A stretch of 64,000 nucleotides of DNA from contig OZ253470.1 in NCBI GenBank assembly GCA_965261735.1, forward strand, positions 2,208,001-2,272,000, written 5' to 3'. The notes beneath the pieces are model-generated. The model was not told the DNA's origin. It ran no database searches and saw only the letters and a list, made by a program, of their open reading frames with translations. Positions 54,861 to 64,000 of this stretch are shown one piece after another; position 1 is the first letter of the stretch; each line of letters opens with the position of its first letter. This DNA is from Alphaproteobacteria bacterium. Lineage in GTDB: Bacteria; Pseudomonadota; Alphaproteobacteria; SHVV01. The position numbers and the translations under genes were made by a program.

Positions 54861-54868
54861 GAAGGATC

Positions 54869-56223
54869 ATGAGAGAACCTTGCCTATCCGGTTAACGCCC
54901 ATGACCGCTACATGTAGGGTGCCGCCACTCTCCCGAGTAAAGCTCGGCATAGGTTGGAGCAGAGGTGTCGCCCGCGATGCCGAGCAATGAGCGGAAGGCG
55001 TTGAACGGGTAGAACCGCCTGTTGAAGCGGAAGGTGAACTCGTTGAGGTAGGCTTGTAGGTGCTGGTGGCTAACGCCGTGGTGGATACCGATCAGCCACG
55101 TCTTCAGGTTGGCGAAAACCAGATGGATGATCGGCAGGTATTGCTCGGCAACCTCTGGATCACCACACTCGGCAACAGCGAAGTGCTCATAGCCGCGCTT
55201 ACCGAGGCCAGCATAGCCGCTCCAATCGTCAGTAACGATCAGCGATCCCGGCGCGACGGTGCTCTCGACGAACCCACAGAGCGACTCGGCGCTACGGTCG
55301 AGCACGACGGCGAGCCGAACGCGTCCGGCATAGCGTCCGTCTTTCCGGTTGTCGAGCTTGGTGCCCGGCTTTCGATGACGCACCTCGATGGCACAGGAGA
55401 CGGGAACCTTGTGGTGAACACCACGGCCTTCCCCACGCGTTCGCCCGCCAACCCAGGTTTCGTCCACCTCAACATGGTTCTTGGGCTGTCCACCGATCCT
55501 GTCTTGGTTGGGCCGCACCATGCCCGAGCGGAGCTTGTGGAGAATTTGAAAGGCCGTCTCGTAGCGCGAAAGACCAAGTTGCCGCTGAAACTGCACGGCG
55601 GACATGCCGGGCGTCTGACTGGCGACCAGATAAGCGGCCCAGAACCAGACGTTCAGCGGAGTGTGGCTACGCTCCATCACTGTTCCCACCGTCAGCCCGG
55701 TGTTCTGGCGGCACTTGCGGCAGCGCAGGACGCCAGGGCGGTTTTCAAAGTGGAACGGCTCTCCCGCCGTGCCGCAGTGCGGGCAGGCAAAGCCGTCTCC
55801 CCAGCGGGCTTTCTCCAGGTAGGCGGCGCAGGCCGCATCATCGGGGAAAAGTCGCTGGAACTCGGGTAGCGAATGCGGGAATGGGAGATCGGCGCGGTCG
55901 AGAACATCCATGGCGCGCTCCCCTATATCCGGGTTGCGCCCATTCTAGCCCTAGTGGGTGTGGGTGTAAACCGGATAGGCAAGAGAGAACTTTCGGCGGC
56001 AAGTAAACATTTGGCTTGCCTTGAGGCCAAAGCCTACCAAATTGGAGGTGGAGTTTCTACGCTCGCCTCAATCCTGAGGCGAGAGAGGTCCGTAGATGGT
56101 TATGTATTCGACAATGACGATTGGCCCGATGGGTATGAAATAGAGAATCTTTTCTTGGATATGGCTGCCACTAAGGCAACAATATCCAAACTCACGAACC
56201 AGAAGGAAAGCCTAGGCATCTAA
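54869..56223 (+). pseudogene. Small (~80 aa) hypothetical gene interrupted at codon 3-4 by IS1595
   Basis: GAAGGA RBS plus ATG AGA GAA C at 54869; continues after the IS as RELSAASKHL...KESLGI; TAATG coupling to the next gene. Confidence 0.55.
54879..55983 (-). mobile_element. IS1595 full-length copy with intact transposase (54892-55911)
   Basis: 1105 bp; duplicated AGAGAAC on both sides (8 bp GAGAGAAC if the terminal G is shared). Confidence 0.94.
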
Positions 56224-56651
56224 TGGATAGCATCGAAGCACTTTGGGCCGTCTATTTCGGTGACGCAGACGATAACCCGAACAATCCCTTTAGTTTTTTA
56301 CCCGGCATGTCCAATGCAGGTGTCGCTGTCATAGAGACCACGCGGGTTTTTGGTGGCGACTCGCAGTTCTTCTATCTCGGGAGCGTCAAAGTCACAGGAA
56401 CGCGCGTAACCGCTAAGATCACGGTGACCCATTTTAACGGCCCTGGTATGACGGCCTTTGGTGTCAACAGAACCGAACCGTTCGATGTTGAGGTAGATGG
56501 AAGTCGCGACGGAAATACGATTAGTGGTGAGATGTGGACATCTGATCAACCAAATGTGCGCCTGAAAATCATGTTTCAACGCTTGACAGAGCTACCATTA
56601 TTCAAGGTCACCGTAGTAGTCGTAAGTAATCCAGATGACCAAAACCTCTAA
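56223..56651 (+). CDS. GrlR-like beta-barrel protein
   Basis: IEALWAVYF...GVAVIETTRVFGGDSQFFYLG pattern; lower GC than host genes. Confidence 0.55.
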   Translation: MDSIEALWAVYFGDADDNPNNPFSFLPGMSNAGVAVIETTRVFGGDSQFFYLGSVKVTGTRVTAKITVTHFNGPGMTAFGVNRTEPFDVEVDGSRDGNTISGEMWTSDQPNVRLKIMFQRLTELPLFKVTVVVVSNPDDQNL

Positions 56652-56708
56652 GCCGCCCGCCCCTAAAGCCGCCCAAGCCCGCCGATATTGAGATAGAGGT
56701 GGTCAATC

Positions 56709-56829
56709 CTTGCCTATCCGGTAAAGCCCATGACCGCTACATGTAGGGTGCCGCCACTCTCCCGAGTAAAGCTCGGCATAGGTTGGAGCAGAGGTGTCGC
56801 CCGCGATGCCGAGCAATGAGCGGAAGGCG
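56709..56829 (-). mobile_element. IS1595 right-end fragment
   Basis: IR CTTGCCTATCCGGT plus the 3' end of the transposase, then abrupt loss of identity. Confidence 0.85.
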
Positions 56830-56899
56830 GCCGCCATCCGATTGGTAGCCTTCGCTCTACTTGTGTCAATTTTTCTCAAACGCTTCCGCCGGAGGTAAG

Positions 56900-57368
56900 G
56901 TGCATATTTATGCATTCGGATCGATCTGCAGAGGAGACCTGACTATCGACTCAGATATCGACCTTTTGGCGATCGTCGTAGGTCTAGATGAAAGATTTGA
57001 CCCAAGCAAATTCTCCATCTACTCGTACAATCGAATTACGAAACTATGGAACATTGGTAACGCCTTCGCTTGGCACTTGCATTATGAAAGCCGACTCATT
57101 TTCGCCGAGAACGGTCTCGATGACCTGGCGGAGCGCGGCCCGCCCGGTCCATATTGTCGGGGAGCATTAGATTGCGAGCGATTCAAGAACATTTTTGAGA
57201 ATGCCTATGAATCCTTGAGGACGGATAACGTGAGCACCGTGTTCGAGCTCTCAACAATCTTCTTCAGCATACGGAATTTAGCGACTTGTTAGTCACTCGG
57301 CGTTTGTAAGGAGCCTAATTTCGGTCGAGACGCTGCGCTACGGCTCGGGCAGTTGAGCGTGCTCTGAA
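56900..57368 (+). pseudogene. Minimal nucleotidyltransferase (pol-beta superfamily) domain protein with an internal TAG and truncation
   Basis: GGAGG RBS plus GTG; AFGSICRG...DSDIDLL motif; the frame continues past the TAG at 57290 (SLGVCKEPNFGRDAAL). Confidence 0.65.
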
Positions 57369-57691
57369 GTAGTCCGCCTACTCCGACGAACCGCGGATCG
57401 CAGTGTACTCCGGGGACTGGTCCCGAGAACTCTGCTACGGTCGGCTTCTTTTGCTCTACGAGATCAAAGCCGGAACTGGAGCAGACTGCCAGCGAGCAGA
57501 ACAGCTCGCCGACGCCCTTCCTTCGCTTGTCACGGTTGACCAACAACGGCAGGCCGAGCGCCTCTTCAGAGCTTCTGATAATCGAGCTGAGGCCCTTTCT
57601 CCTGAGTCCTTACGCTTTATTGCAACAGCTGAGCATGTCGCAGCGCAACTGGAATTGAACGCACAGCTTGAGTGGTCACCCGCTGTAATAG

Positions 57692-59043
57692 GCGGTAGCG
57701 CATGCGATGGCGATGCTTGCGGAAGAAGGCGAGTTCCCGCTCGGTCTCGGCCCGGTCGGGCGCAGCGGCGGCATCGCGAAGGTGGCGCAGCGCCCGGATC
57801 ACCTTGGCGACGCCACGGGGATCGTGACGGAGGATCTCGCGGTACTTCTCGAACCAGCCGGGCGCCACGGCATGGTCGGACGCGGTTTGCAGATGTTCGC
57901 AAGCATGCCAGAAGTCGATCACCTCGGTTTCGGGCGACAGGGTCTCCAGGAAGGTCCAGTTGTCGGCGGCGCCATCGGCGATAGCGACGATCCCGATCTC
58001 GGGGCGTGCTCGCCTGATGTGTGCGACTTCGCTTGCAAGCTGCGCCTTCAGCGTGAGCTTGCCGCTCTCCGGCATGGGGCCGAGATAGAGGGTCTTCAGG
58101 CGCTTGCCCTCGGCGTCGTGGAAGGAGACCGTGCCGCAGGCGGCCTCGCGCCAGGAGGCCTTGGCGCGACCGTCCTCGCCGGGTCTCAGCGGCACCATGA
58201 CGCCGTCGAGGGAGACCGAGGCGGTGGTCGCGTCCTGCGGTATGCCCTCGGCCTCACGGATGCTGCCCAGCGTCTCCGGGCCGAGGCTCTCCCAGCATTC
58301 GTGCATGCTCAGGGTCAGGCGCTGCAGGGTGCTCACCGACGGCGTCATGGCGCCGGTCTTCGCAAAGAACGCCGCCGCTTCCCGGGCCGTGCAGCGACCC
58401 ATCATCAGCAGACCGAGCTCGGCCGCCGGCCGCGTCAGGTAATCGTCGACGAAGCCCAGGCTCTCGTCGACCGGCACCGGCGATGCCCCGCTCGCGCCGC
58501 TGCGGTAACGCGCTCGCCGGTAGGTCACCGGACCGAGCGAGGTCATGATCGTCTTCGGCGTCACCGCGACCCGGAACCAGCTCTGCCCGTCCCGCTCGAT
58601 CCGGGAAGCGCCATCGTCCCGGTTCTCGATGACGGCGCCCATGACATCGCGAGCGAACTCGTTCGTGGCCTCACGCACCCGCAACTCGACCTCCTCGGGC
58701 ACCTCGGGGCGCGGCTCGGAACGAAGCTCCTCGCGACACAGTGCGAGCACCCGGGCGGCCGCCTCGACGACCCGAGGAGGCAGGCCGGAAAGATCGATGG
58801 ACGAAGGCGCCGGAGGCGGGGATACTGCCATGGGAATGCCCCCGATGTTGGGTTTCGAGACACGGCATCGTACCGCTTCTGGCGGTGCGGAGCGTTCCCA
58901 CCTTCCCCTGCTCGACCCTGCCGTCGTGACAAAATCCTGCCTTGGAGCGGCCCATTGTCACGAATAGCCGTTTTCGGCCGTTCGTCTCGACACAAAAACG
59001 CACTAAATCAATGACTTGGATTTTCCATACCAGACCCACACCC
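57692..59043 (-). mobile_element. ISKra4-like element, 3'-truncated (transposase 58831 to about 57692)
   Basis: SLDGVMV, WREA, IADGAADNW, IDFWHACEHL and RMRY; the final catalytic Glu region is missing; the left end begins GGGTGTGGGTC at 59043. Confidence 0.78.
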
Positions 59044-59343
59044 TTGAAATTCCGCAACGAGCACAGGCGAACAGCCGTGTCATTTGCCGTGATTGCGGTG
59101 GTGTTCACACGCTGAGCACGTTATTGAGGGCTCTCGACGAACGTTATGAGCGGAACAAGTCCGGAGGCGATCCGCAGAAATGAACGAGTGGCTTCCGATC
59201 TCGACATCTGGCGCGCCGCCCAAGGACGATACAGCAGCATAGCGACGGCGCGGCCCTACATCACACCTCCGCTCCCGCGCACTCCCACAACTGCGTTCGT
59301 TGCCGTAAGCTGATCAACCGCAAGCGATCTGGAGGATGGCGAG

Positions 59344-59487
59344 ATGGGGTTTATGTTATTCTTGGAAATTGTCGCGCTCGCCGCGATGGTGTGGTTTTTG
59401 TACCGGATCGATTCCAAGCTCCAGGCGATCGGTGACATGATCAATGAAGCCCGCAGGCACGAGGCGCCACGGAGGCTGACGGACTAA
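59344..59487 (+). CDS. Small putative membrane protein (47 aa)
   Basis: One TM helix (FMLFLEIVALAAMVWFLY) followed by a charged tail. Confidence 0.35.
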   Translation: MGFMLFLEIVALAAMVWFLYRIDSKLQAIGDMINEARRHEAPRRLTD

Positions 59488-60036
59488 GCCGGAATCGGCC
59501 CTGAAGGCCCTGACACACCGATTCCGACCTTCCGCGCAACAATCTGTCGCGTTCAGCCGGCCGCTGAATGGCCTTCCCGCACTTGGCCGGGACAGGGATA
59601 CTCCCCATATCCTTGGATAGGACGCCGCAGGGAGCCGCGCGGCACACCCTCGTGCCCTCCAGGCTCGGCTCCCTGCGACTCGCGGGATCATCAAAGCTGT
59701 GTCCTGCCGTGGTCCCGCGATTTTTGTTGGCATCGATAATCGGAATTTCCCAGTTTAGGGTCGGACTAAGGATGGCTTCATATGACGTATTGAGCGAACT
59801 TGAAAACCAGTTCACAGAGCTATTTGTGAATAATCCGGTACTCGAATCCTACAATTCAATGAAGCTCTGATTTCCTGGAATATTCCATCGGTGTCGTTCA
59901 CCTCCGATTTCAGATAAATTTCAATGAAGTGACGGTCCTTTATGCAACGTGGCGTTTTGCCAAATCCGACTCAATGATTAGGATTTCCGCCACGCTAAAG
60001 TGTCGCCTAAAAGCCGCTACAATGCCGTCCGAGTCC

Positions 60037-60145
60037 CTGCTCGGCATCGCCGGAGATATCTCCGCTTCGACCTGCACCGAGCTTTACTCAGGAAAATGGG
60101 TGCACACTACATATAGTGGGTGTGGGTGATAACCGGATAGGCAAG
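60037..60145 (+). mobile_element. Diverged right-end remnant of a related IS1595
   Basis: Encodes SLLGIAGDISASTCTELYSGKW and ends in AACCGGATAGGCAAG; many substitutions relative to the young copies. Confidence 0.8.
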
Positions 60146-60309
60146 GTTTGTTGTTTCATTCCGTGACCGTTTCCGCGTTTCTGTCGTGGCCGTCCGGGGG
60201 CATCCGGGCGCCGTCCTCGGTAACAGCCTGTCGCGACAGAGCTGAGCCGACGGGACTGGAAGGCTAGTCGGGCGTTGTCCGAAGGTAAAGCGCGAGGGTT
60301 TGCCGTCAG

Positions 60310-60401
60310 TGTTGACCGGCGTCGAATGTTGACCCCTCACAGTCACGCAATATCAATGCATTAGCACGCCGATCGGCGTCGAATTGGCGCGCCGATCAAC
60401 A
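60310..60401. mobile_element. 92-bp miniature IS21-like element (both ends, no ORF)
   Basis: TGTTGACCGGCG...CGCCGATCAACA (11/12 IR, TG...CA ends) with internal repeats of CGGCGTCGAAT. Confidence 0.55.
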
Positions 60402-60533
60402 GTCTGGGACGAACCGCAGCCCGAACCCCGGCACAACACCCACCCAAAGCGGCGCCTCTCGTCCCGTCGGTGACGGCGACGAACCTGCTCACCGCACTCG
60501 GCGCCTGGCTTTTCCTCACCAGCTGACATCGGC

Positions 60534-61686
60534 TAGTGGATTGATCGGAACGAAAGAGTCCGATTTGAGATTCCGTATTGTGCGGTGTCATGCGAGTCTG
60601 TGCTATGCGCACCGGCATCCATTTTACTGTCACGTCTGGCGACCGTCAGCGATTGCAAGCTATCGTCGCGGACCCGAAGAGCTCGCAGAAACATGTCTGG
60701 CGGGCGCGGATCATCCTGAAGAGCGACGAGGGGCTCGGGAACTCGTCGATCATGGCCGAGACCGGCAAGTCCAAGACCTGTGTCTGGCGCTGGCAGGAGC
60801 GGTTCATGCACGAGGGTGTCAACGGCTTGCTTCGCGACAGGTCCCGTCCGCCTGGCAAAGCGCCGATCCCGCCGGAGCGCGTCGCCGAGATCGTCCGCCT
60901 GACCCAGCAAGCGCCGCCGCACGAGGCGACCCACTGGACGCTGCGCGCGATGGCGAAGGTTGCTGGCGTCGCGGCGTCGACGGTCCAAGCGATCTGGAAG
61001 GCCCATGGCCTCAGCCCGCACCGCTGGCGGCACTTCAAGCTCTCCAATGATCCCGCCTTCGCCGAGAAGCTCACAGATATCGTCGGCTTGTATGTCGATC
61101 CGCCGGCCCATGCCGTGGTGCTGTCGGTTGATGAGAAATCACAGATCCAGGCGCTCGACCGCACCCAACCCGGCTTGCCGATGAAGAAGGGCCGCGCCGG
61201 TACGATGACCTATGATTACAAACGGCATGGCACGACGACGCTGTTCGCCGCGCTCAACGTGCTGGACGGTACGGTCATCGCACAGAACATGCAGCGCCAC
61301 CGCCATCAGGAGTTCATCCGCTTCCTCAACCGCATCGAGCGCGAGGTGCCGACGGACAAGGCCGTCCACGTCATCCTCGACAACTACGCCGCGCACAAGA
61401 AGGACAAGGTCCGCGCCTGGCTCGCCCGCCATCCACGCTGGACCTTCCACTTCACGCCAACCTCGTGCTCGTGGCTCAATGCCGTCGAGGGCTTCTTCGC
61501 CAAACTAACGCGGCGCAGGCTCAAATACGGCGTCTTCCAATCCGTCGTCGACCTTCAGGCCCCCATCAACCGATTTGTCCGCGAATACAATGACGCAAAC
61601 CCAAAACCCTTCATCTGGAAAGCCGACCCCGATCATATCATCGCCGCACGAAACAGAGGGTTCCAAACGTTGGAATCAATCCACTA
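60534..61686 (+). mobile_element. IS630 family element in a CTAG/TA target
   Basis: CTAGTGGATTGAT...ATCAATCCACTAG ends. Confidence 0.9.
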
Positions 61687-61687
61687 G
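60605..61687 (+). CDS. IS630 family transposase
   Basis: SVDEKSQIQAL, YKRHGTTTLFAAL, ILDNYAAHK and SWLNAVE. Confidence 0.94.
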   Translation: MRTGIHFTVTSGDRQRLQAIVADPKSSQKHVWRARIILKSDEGLGNSSIMAETGKSKTCVWRWQERFMHEGVNGLLRDRSRPPGKAPIPPERVAEIVRLTQQAPPHEATHWTLRAMAKVAGVAASTVQAIWKAHGLSPHRWRHFKLSNDPAFAEKLTDIVGLYVDPPAHAVVLSVDEKSQIQALDRTQPGLPMKKGRAGTMTYDYKRHGTTTLFAALNVLDGTVIAQNMQRHRHQEFIRFLNRIEREVPTDKAVHVILDNYAAHKKDKVRAWLARHPRWTFHFTPTSCSWLNAVEGFFAKLTRRRLKYGVFQSVVDLQAPINRFVREYNDANPKPFIWKADPDHIIAARNRGFQTLESIH

Positions 61688-61857
61688 GTGTCCGCTAAAC
61701 TCTTGGCGGACATCTACGAAGTTTCCGCTCCCCGGTCGCCCAGCCTGCCCAATCTCACCCGATCAGAACAGGTGGCCGACGTAGGATGGATACTTTGGCT
61801 AACTCCTCGCTCATGGAGAGAACAAAATCCATGCCCGAACAGCATTCACTGGAGAGC

Positions 61858-61900
61858 ATGCTGAGTTGATGGGATTCGAACCAACGGTATGCTTTGCGCA
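61858..61900 (-). other. Degenerate tRNA 3'-half remnant (tRNA-Ser-like), possible att-site relic
   Basis: Minus strand reads ...GCAAAGCATACCGTTGGTTCGAATCCCATCAACTCAGCA, with a T-loop GGTTCGAATCC but no 5' half. Confidence 0.4.
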
Positions 61901-62127
61901 CCGCTTTGTTTTTTCGGAGTGTTTTCAGCGCTTTAGGCTCTGAGAAACCCGCGCCAAACGAGCTCTTTGTAGTGGACTTCCGGGCGCCAGGAAGCGGTAC
62001 TGTCGTCAGGTCGAGGAACGGGACAGTCCCCGCTCTCCGCCCGCCCGGACCGGGGTTCATACCCCTACCGGGCTTGGGGTGGTGGGAGGCCGCGCAAGGG
62101 GCGCGGCCGGAGACGGAGGACCGCCCC

Positions 62128-62424
62128 ATGACCAAGCGAACCCCGAACAAAACGCGCCCGCGCACCCGTGCGAAGAAGAAGAGCGCCGCGACGAGCGCTC
62201 AGAAATCGGATGCGGCCAGACGCCCGAGCGGCAAGCTCGGCCTGATCGTGGACCGGCTCGAACGAACGGCCGGAGCGACGATCGACGAACTTGTCGATGC
62301 GACGGGATGGCAGAAACATTCGGTCCACGGCGCTCTGAGCCGGCTCCGGTCAGCGGGCTTCGCCATTCGTCTGGAATTGACGGTGGGACGGAAGGCCTAT
62401 CGGCTCGCACCGGCCGAGGCGTAA
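62128..62424 (+). CDS. DUF3489 domain protein
   Basis: GATIDELVDATGWQKHSVHGALS motif. Confidence 0.85.
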   Translation: MTKRTPNKTRPRTRAKKKSAATSAQKSDAARRPSGKLGLIVDRLERTAGATIDELVDATGWQKHSVHGALSRLRSAGFAIRLELTVGRKAYRLAPAEA

Positions 62425-62427
62425 GCC

Positions 62428-62967
62428 ATGTCAGTTACGGAAATCCACACTATGGAAAGCCCGACGCGCGCAGACGGCGCGCCAAGTGACGCGGGCTCCG
62501 AAGACGCAGTGGCTGCCAAGCTTCGGGCTCTCGAGGGTATGACCTACGACGGATTACGCGTCGAATGGCGGCGGCTTTACCGCGCCCATCCGCCGAAGCG
62601 GGTGGCGCGCGATCTGCTCGTGCTTGGTGTCGCCTGGAAGATTCAGGAGCAGGCCTATGGCGGCCTTGGCGCAGCCACCAAGCGGCGCCTCGCCGATCTG
62701 GCGAAGACCATGGAACAGGACGGCGACCTCGCCCGGCGTCGTGTTGCACGGCTGAAACCCGGGGCGAGGCTGGTGCGCGAATGGCGCTGCCAAACCCACA
62801 CGGTGATCGTTCTCGAAGACGGGTTCGAATGGCAGGGCAAACGATGGCGATCGCTGTCGGTGATCGCCCGCGAGATCACCGACGCTCACTGGTCCGGCCC
62901 GCGCTTTTTTGGTCTGAACGGGAAAGCGGAGGCAGGCGTCGCGATCGGGGAGGCGGGCGATGCGTAA
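62428..62967 (+). CDS. DUF2924 domain protein
   Basis: [21 protein letters not shown] and [20 protein letters not shown]. Confidence 0.88.
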   Translation: MSVTEIHTMESPTRADGAPSDAGSEDAVAAKLRALEGMTYDGLRVEWRRLYRAHPPKRVARDLLVLGVAWKIQEQAYGGLGAATKRRLADLAKTMEQDGDLARRRVARLKPGARLVREWRCQTHTVIVLEDGFEWQGKRWRSLSVIAREITDAHWSGPRFFGLNGKAEAGVAIGEAGDA

Positions 62968-63270
62968 ATCCACGACTGGCAAGGGGACGAACGGCAAAGC
63001 ATTAATCCGCTGCGCCATCTACACTCGGAAATCATCGGAGGACGGCCTCGAGCAGGACTTCAACTCGCTCGATGCCCAGCGGGAATCCTGCGAAGCCTTT
63101 ATCCTCAGTCAGAAGCACGAGGGCTGGACCGCGCTGCCCGAGATGTACGATGACGGCGGCATCTCCGGCGGCACCCTTGAGAGACCCGCCCTGAAACGGA
63201 TTCTTGCGGATATCGAGGCCCACCGGATCGACACTGTGGTCGTCTACAAGGTGGATCGACTGACACGCTC
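62960..63270 (+). pseudogene. Large serine recombinase, truncated after the catalytic domain
   Basis: [25 protein letters not shown] and [10 protein letters not shown], then unrelated sequence. Confidence 0.88.
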
Positions 63271-63326
63271 GCCGAGGATCCGGAGATCACCAGCTTCACG
63301 CCGCGCAGCCCGCGCCGGGCCAGCGA

Positions 63327-63395
63327 GCGCGCTCCCCTATATCCGGTTTGCGCCCATTCTGCCCTAGTGGGTGTGGGTGTAACCGGATAGGCAAG
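63327..63395 (-). mobile_element. IS1595 left-end fragment
   Basis: Matches the 5' non-coding end and IR of the other copies, with two single-base deletions. Confidence 0.85.
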
Positions 63396-63625
63396 CAGTC
63401 ACCAGGTGCGGCGGCTCGAGGAATTCCTCGGTACGGCATTGATCGACCGCGCGGGCAAGCGCCCCAGACTGACCGATACCGGCCGCCGCTACCTCGAGCA
63501 GATCGAACCCGCGATACACCAGATCCAAAGGGCAACCGAAGCCCTACTGCCGGCGGGCGGCCGCAGCATCGTACGCCTCACGCTGCCGCCCTCGCTCGCC
63601 GCCACATGGCTGATCCGAAAATGCT
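63396..63625 (+). pseudogene. Internal fragment of a LysR family regulator
   Basis: SHQVRRLEEFLGTALIDR...LTDTGRRY; cut by IS ends on both sides. Confidence 0.8.
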
Positions 63626-63629
63626 CTAG

Positions 63630-64000
63630 CAGGCTGCTGAAAAAGTCATCATTGCCGGGCCTTGAACTCGGATTCATCGCCGAAATGAAATGAGATTTCG
63701 TGTCTTAGGGTGAAACCGTCTTCAATCTCGACCGATCCGATGCCCTGGGCTTCGTCCAGTTCGATGATCTGCCACTTTGCGGTCAGCGGCGTGCCGGCAT
63801 CGCCCGTCATGTTGGCGCCTCCGCCAGCAGTCTGGGTAGTCGGACGAGGTTGTAGGCGGCCAAGGCCAGGGTGAACGAAGCGTCGACCCGGTGGCGGCCC
63901 CGGAATTTGGTCTTGCTCAATCCCGCGCTCGTCTTGACCCAGCCGAAGACCTCCTCGATGCGCTTGCGGCAACGTTGGCTGACGCCGTAACCGGGATGGC
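63630..64000 (-). mobile_element. Right part of an IS5-family element: transposase C-terminus (63807 to beyond 64000) plus a small coupled ORF (63649-63810)
   Basis: YGVSQRCRKRIEEVFGWVK...AAYNLVRL; end CAGGCTGCTGAAAAAG adjacent to CTAG. Confidence 0.78.

Noticed and set aside
61858-61900. Functional tRNA gene
   Set aside because: Only a T-arm-like 3' half is present; no D-arm, anticodon arm or paired acceptor stem.

Overview
High-GC Alphaproteobacteria-like DNA (Rhodospirillales-like gene content; this is inference) in two parts. 1-18750 is ordinary chromosomal backbone: PagL-like deacylase, thermonuclease, M48/LysM protease, sixA, rpoH2, carD, fdxA, TerB, Hsp15, Suv3/MgpS-like helicase, a Doc/AbrB toxin-antitoxin pair, methylmalonyl-CoA mutase with meaB, rpmB, and a queuosine-precursor transporter with queF. 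From about 18750 to the end is a heavily decayed mosaic of mobile DNA. It holds a fragmented tail-less capsid-encoding phage-satellite-like element (HTH replication gene with iterons, capsid, prohead protease, connector, portal, xis-like gene, integrase), an embedded hemerythrin/RND/Crp block, a SWIM-SNF2/RecD2/UPF0149/HU block, a DUF3489-DUF2924-serine recombinase remnant, a terminase fragment, and many IS copies (IS1595 in about 9 copies or fragments, IS256 x3, IS66, IS630, ISKra4, IS21 remnants, IS5). The best novelty candidate is a complete 3273-bp IS66-type transposon (24-bp perfect IRs, 8-bp TSD). It lacks the usual accessory tnpA/tnpB and instead carries a translationally coupled DUF4338 (DruA-like, possibly Mom/GNAT-like) gene. 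Several single-base indels and IS fragments without ends suggest that some lesions may be sequencing or assembly artefacts. All family assignments come from motif recognition by eye; no database searches were run.
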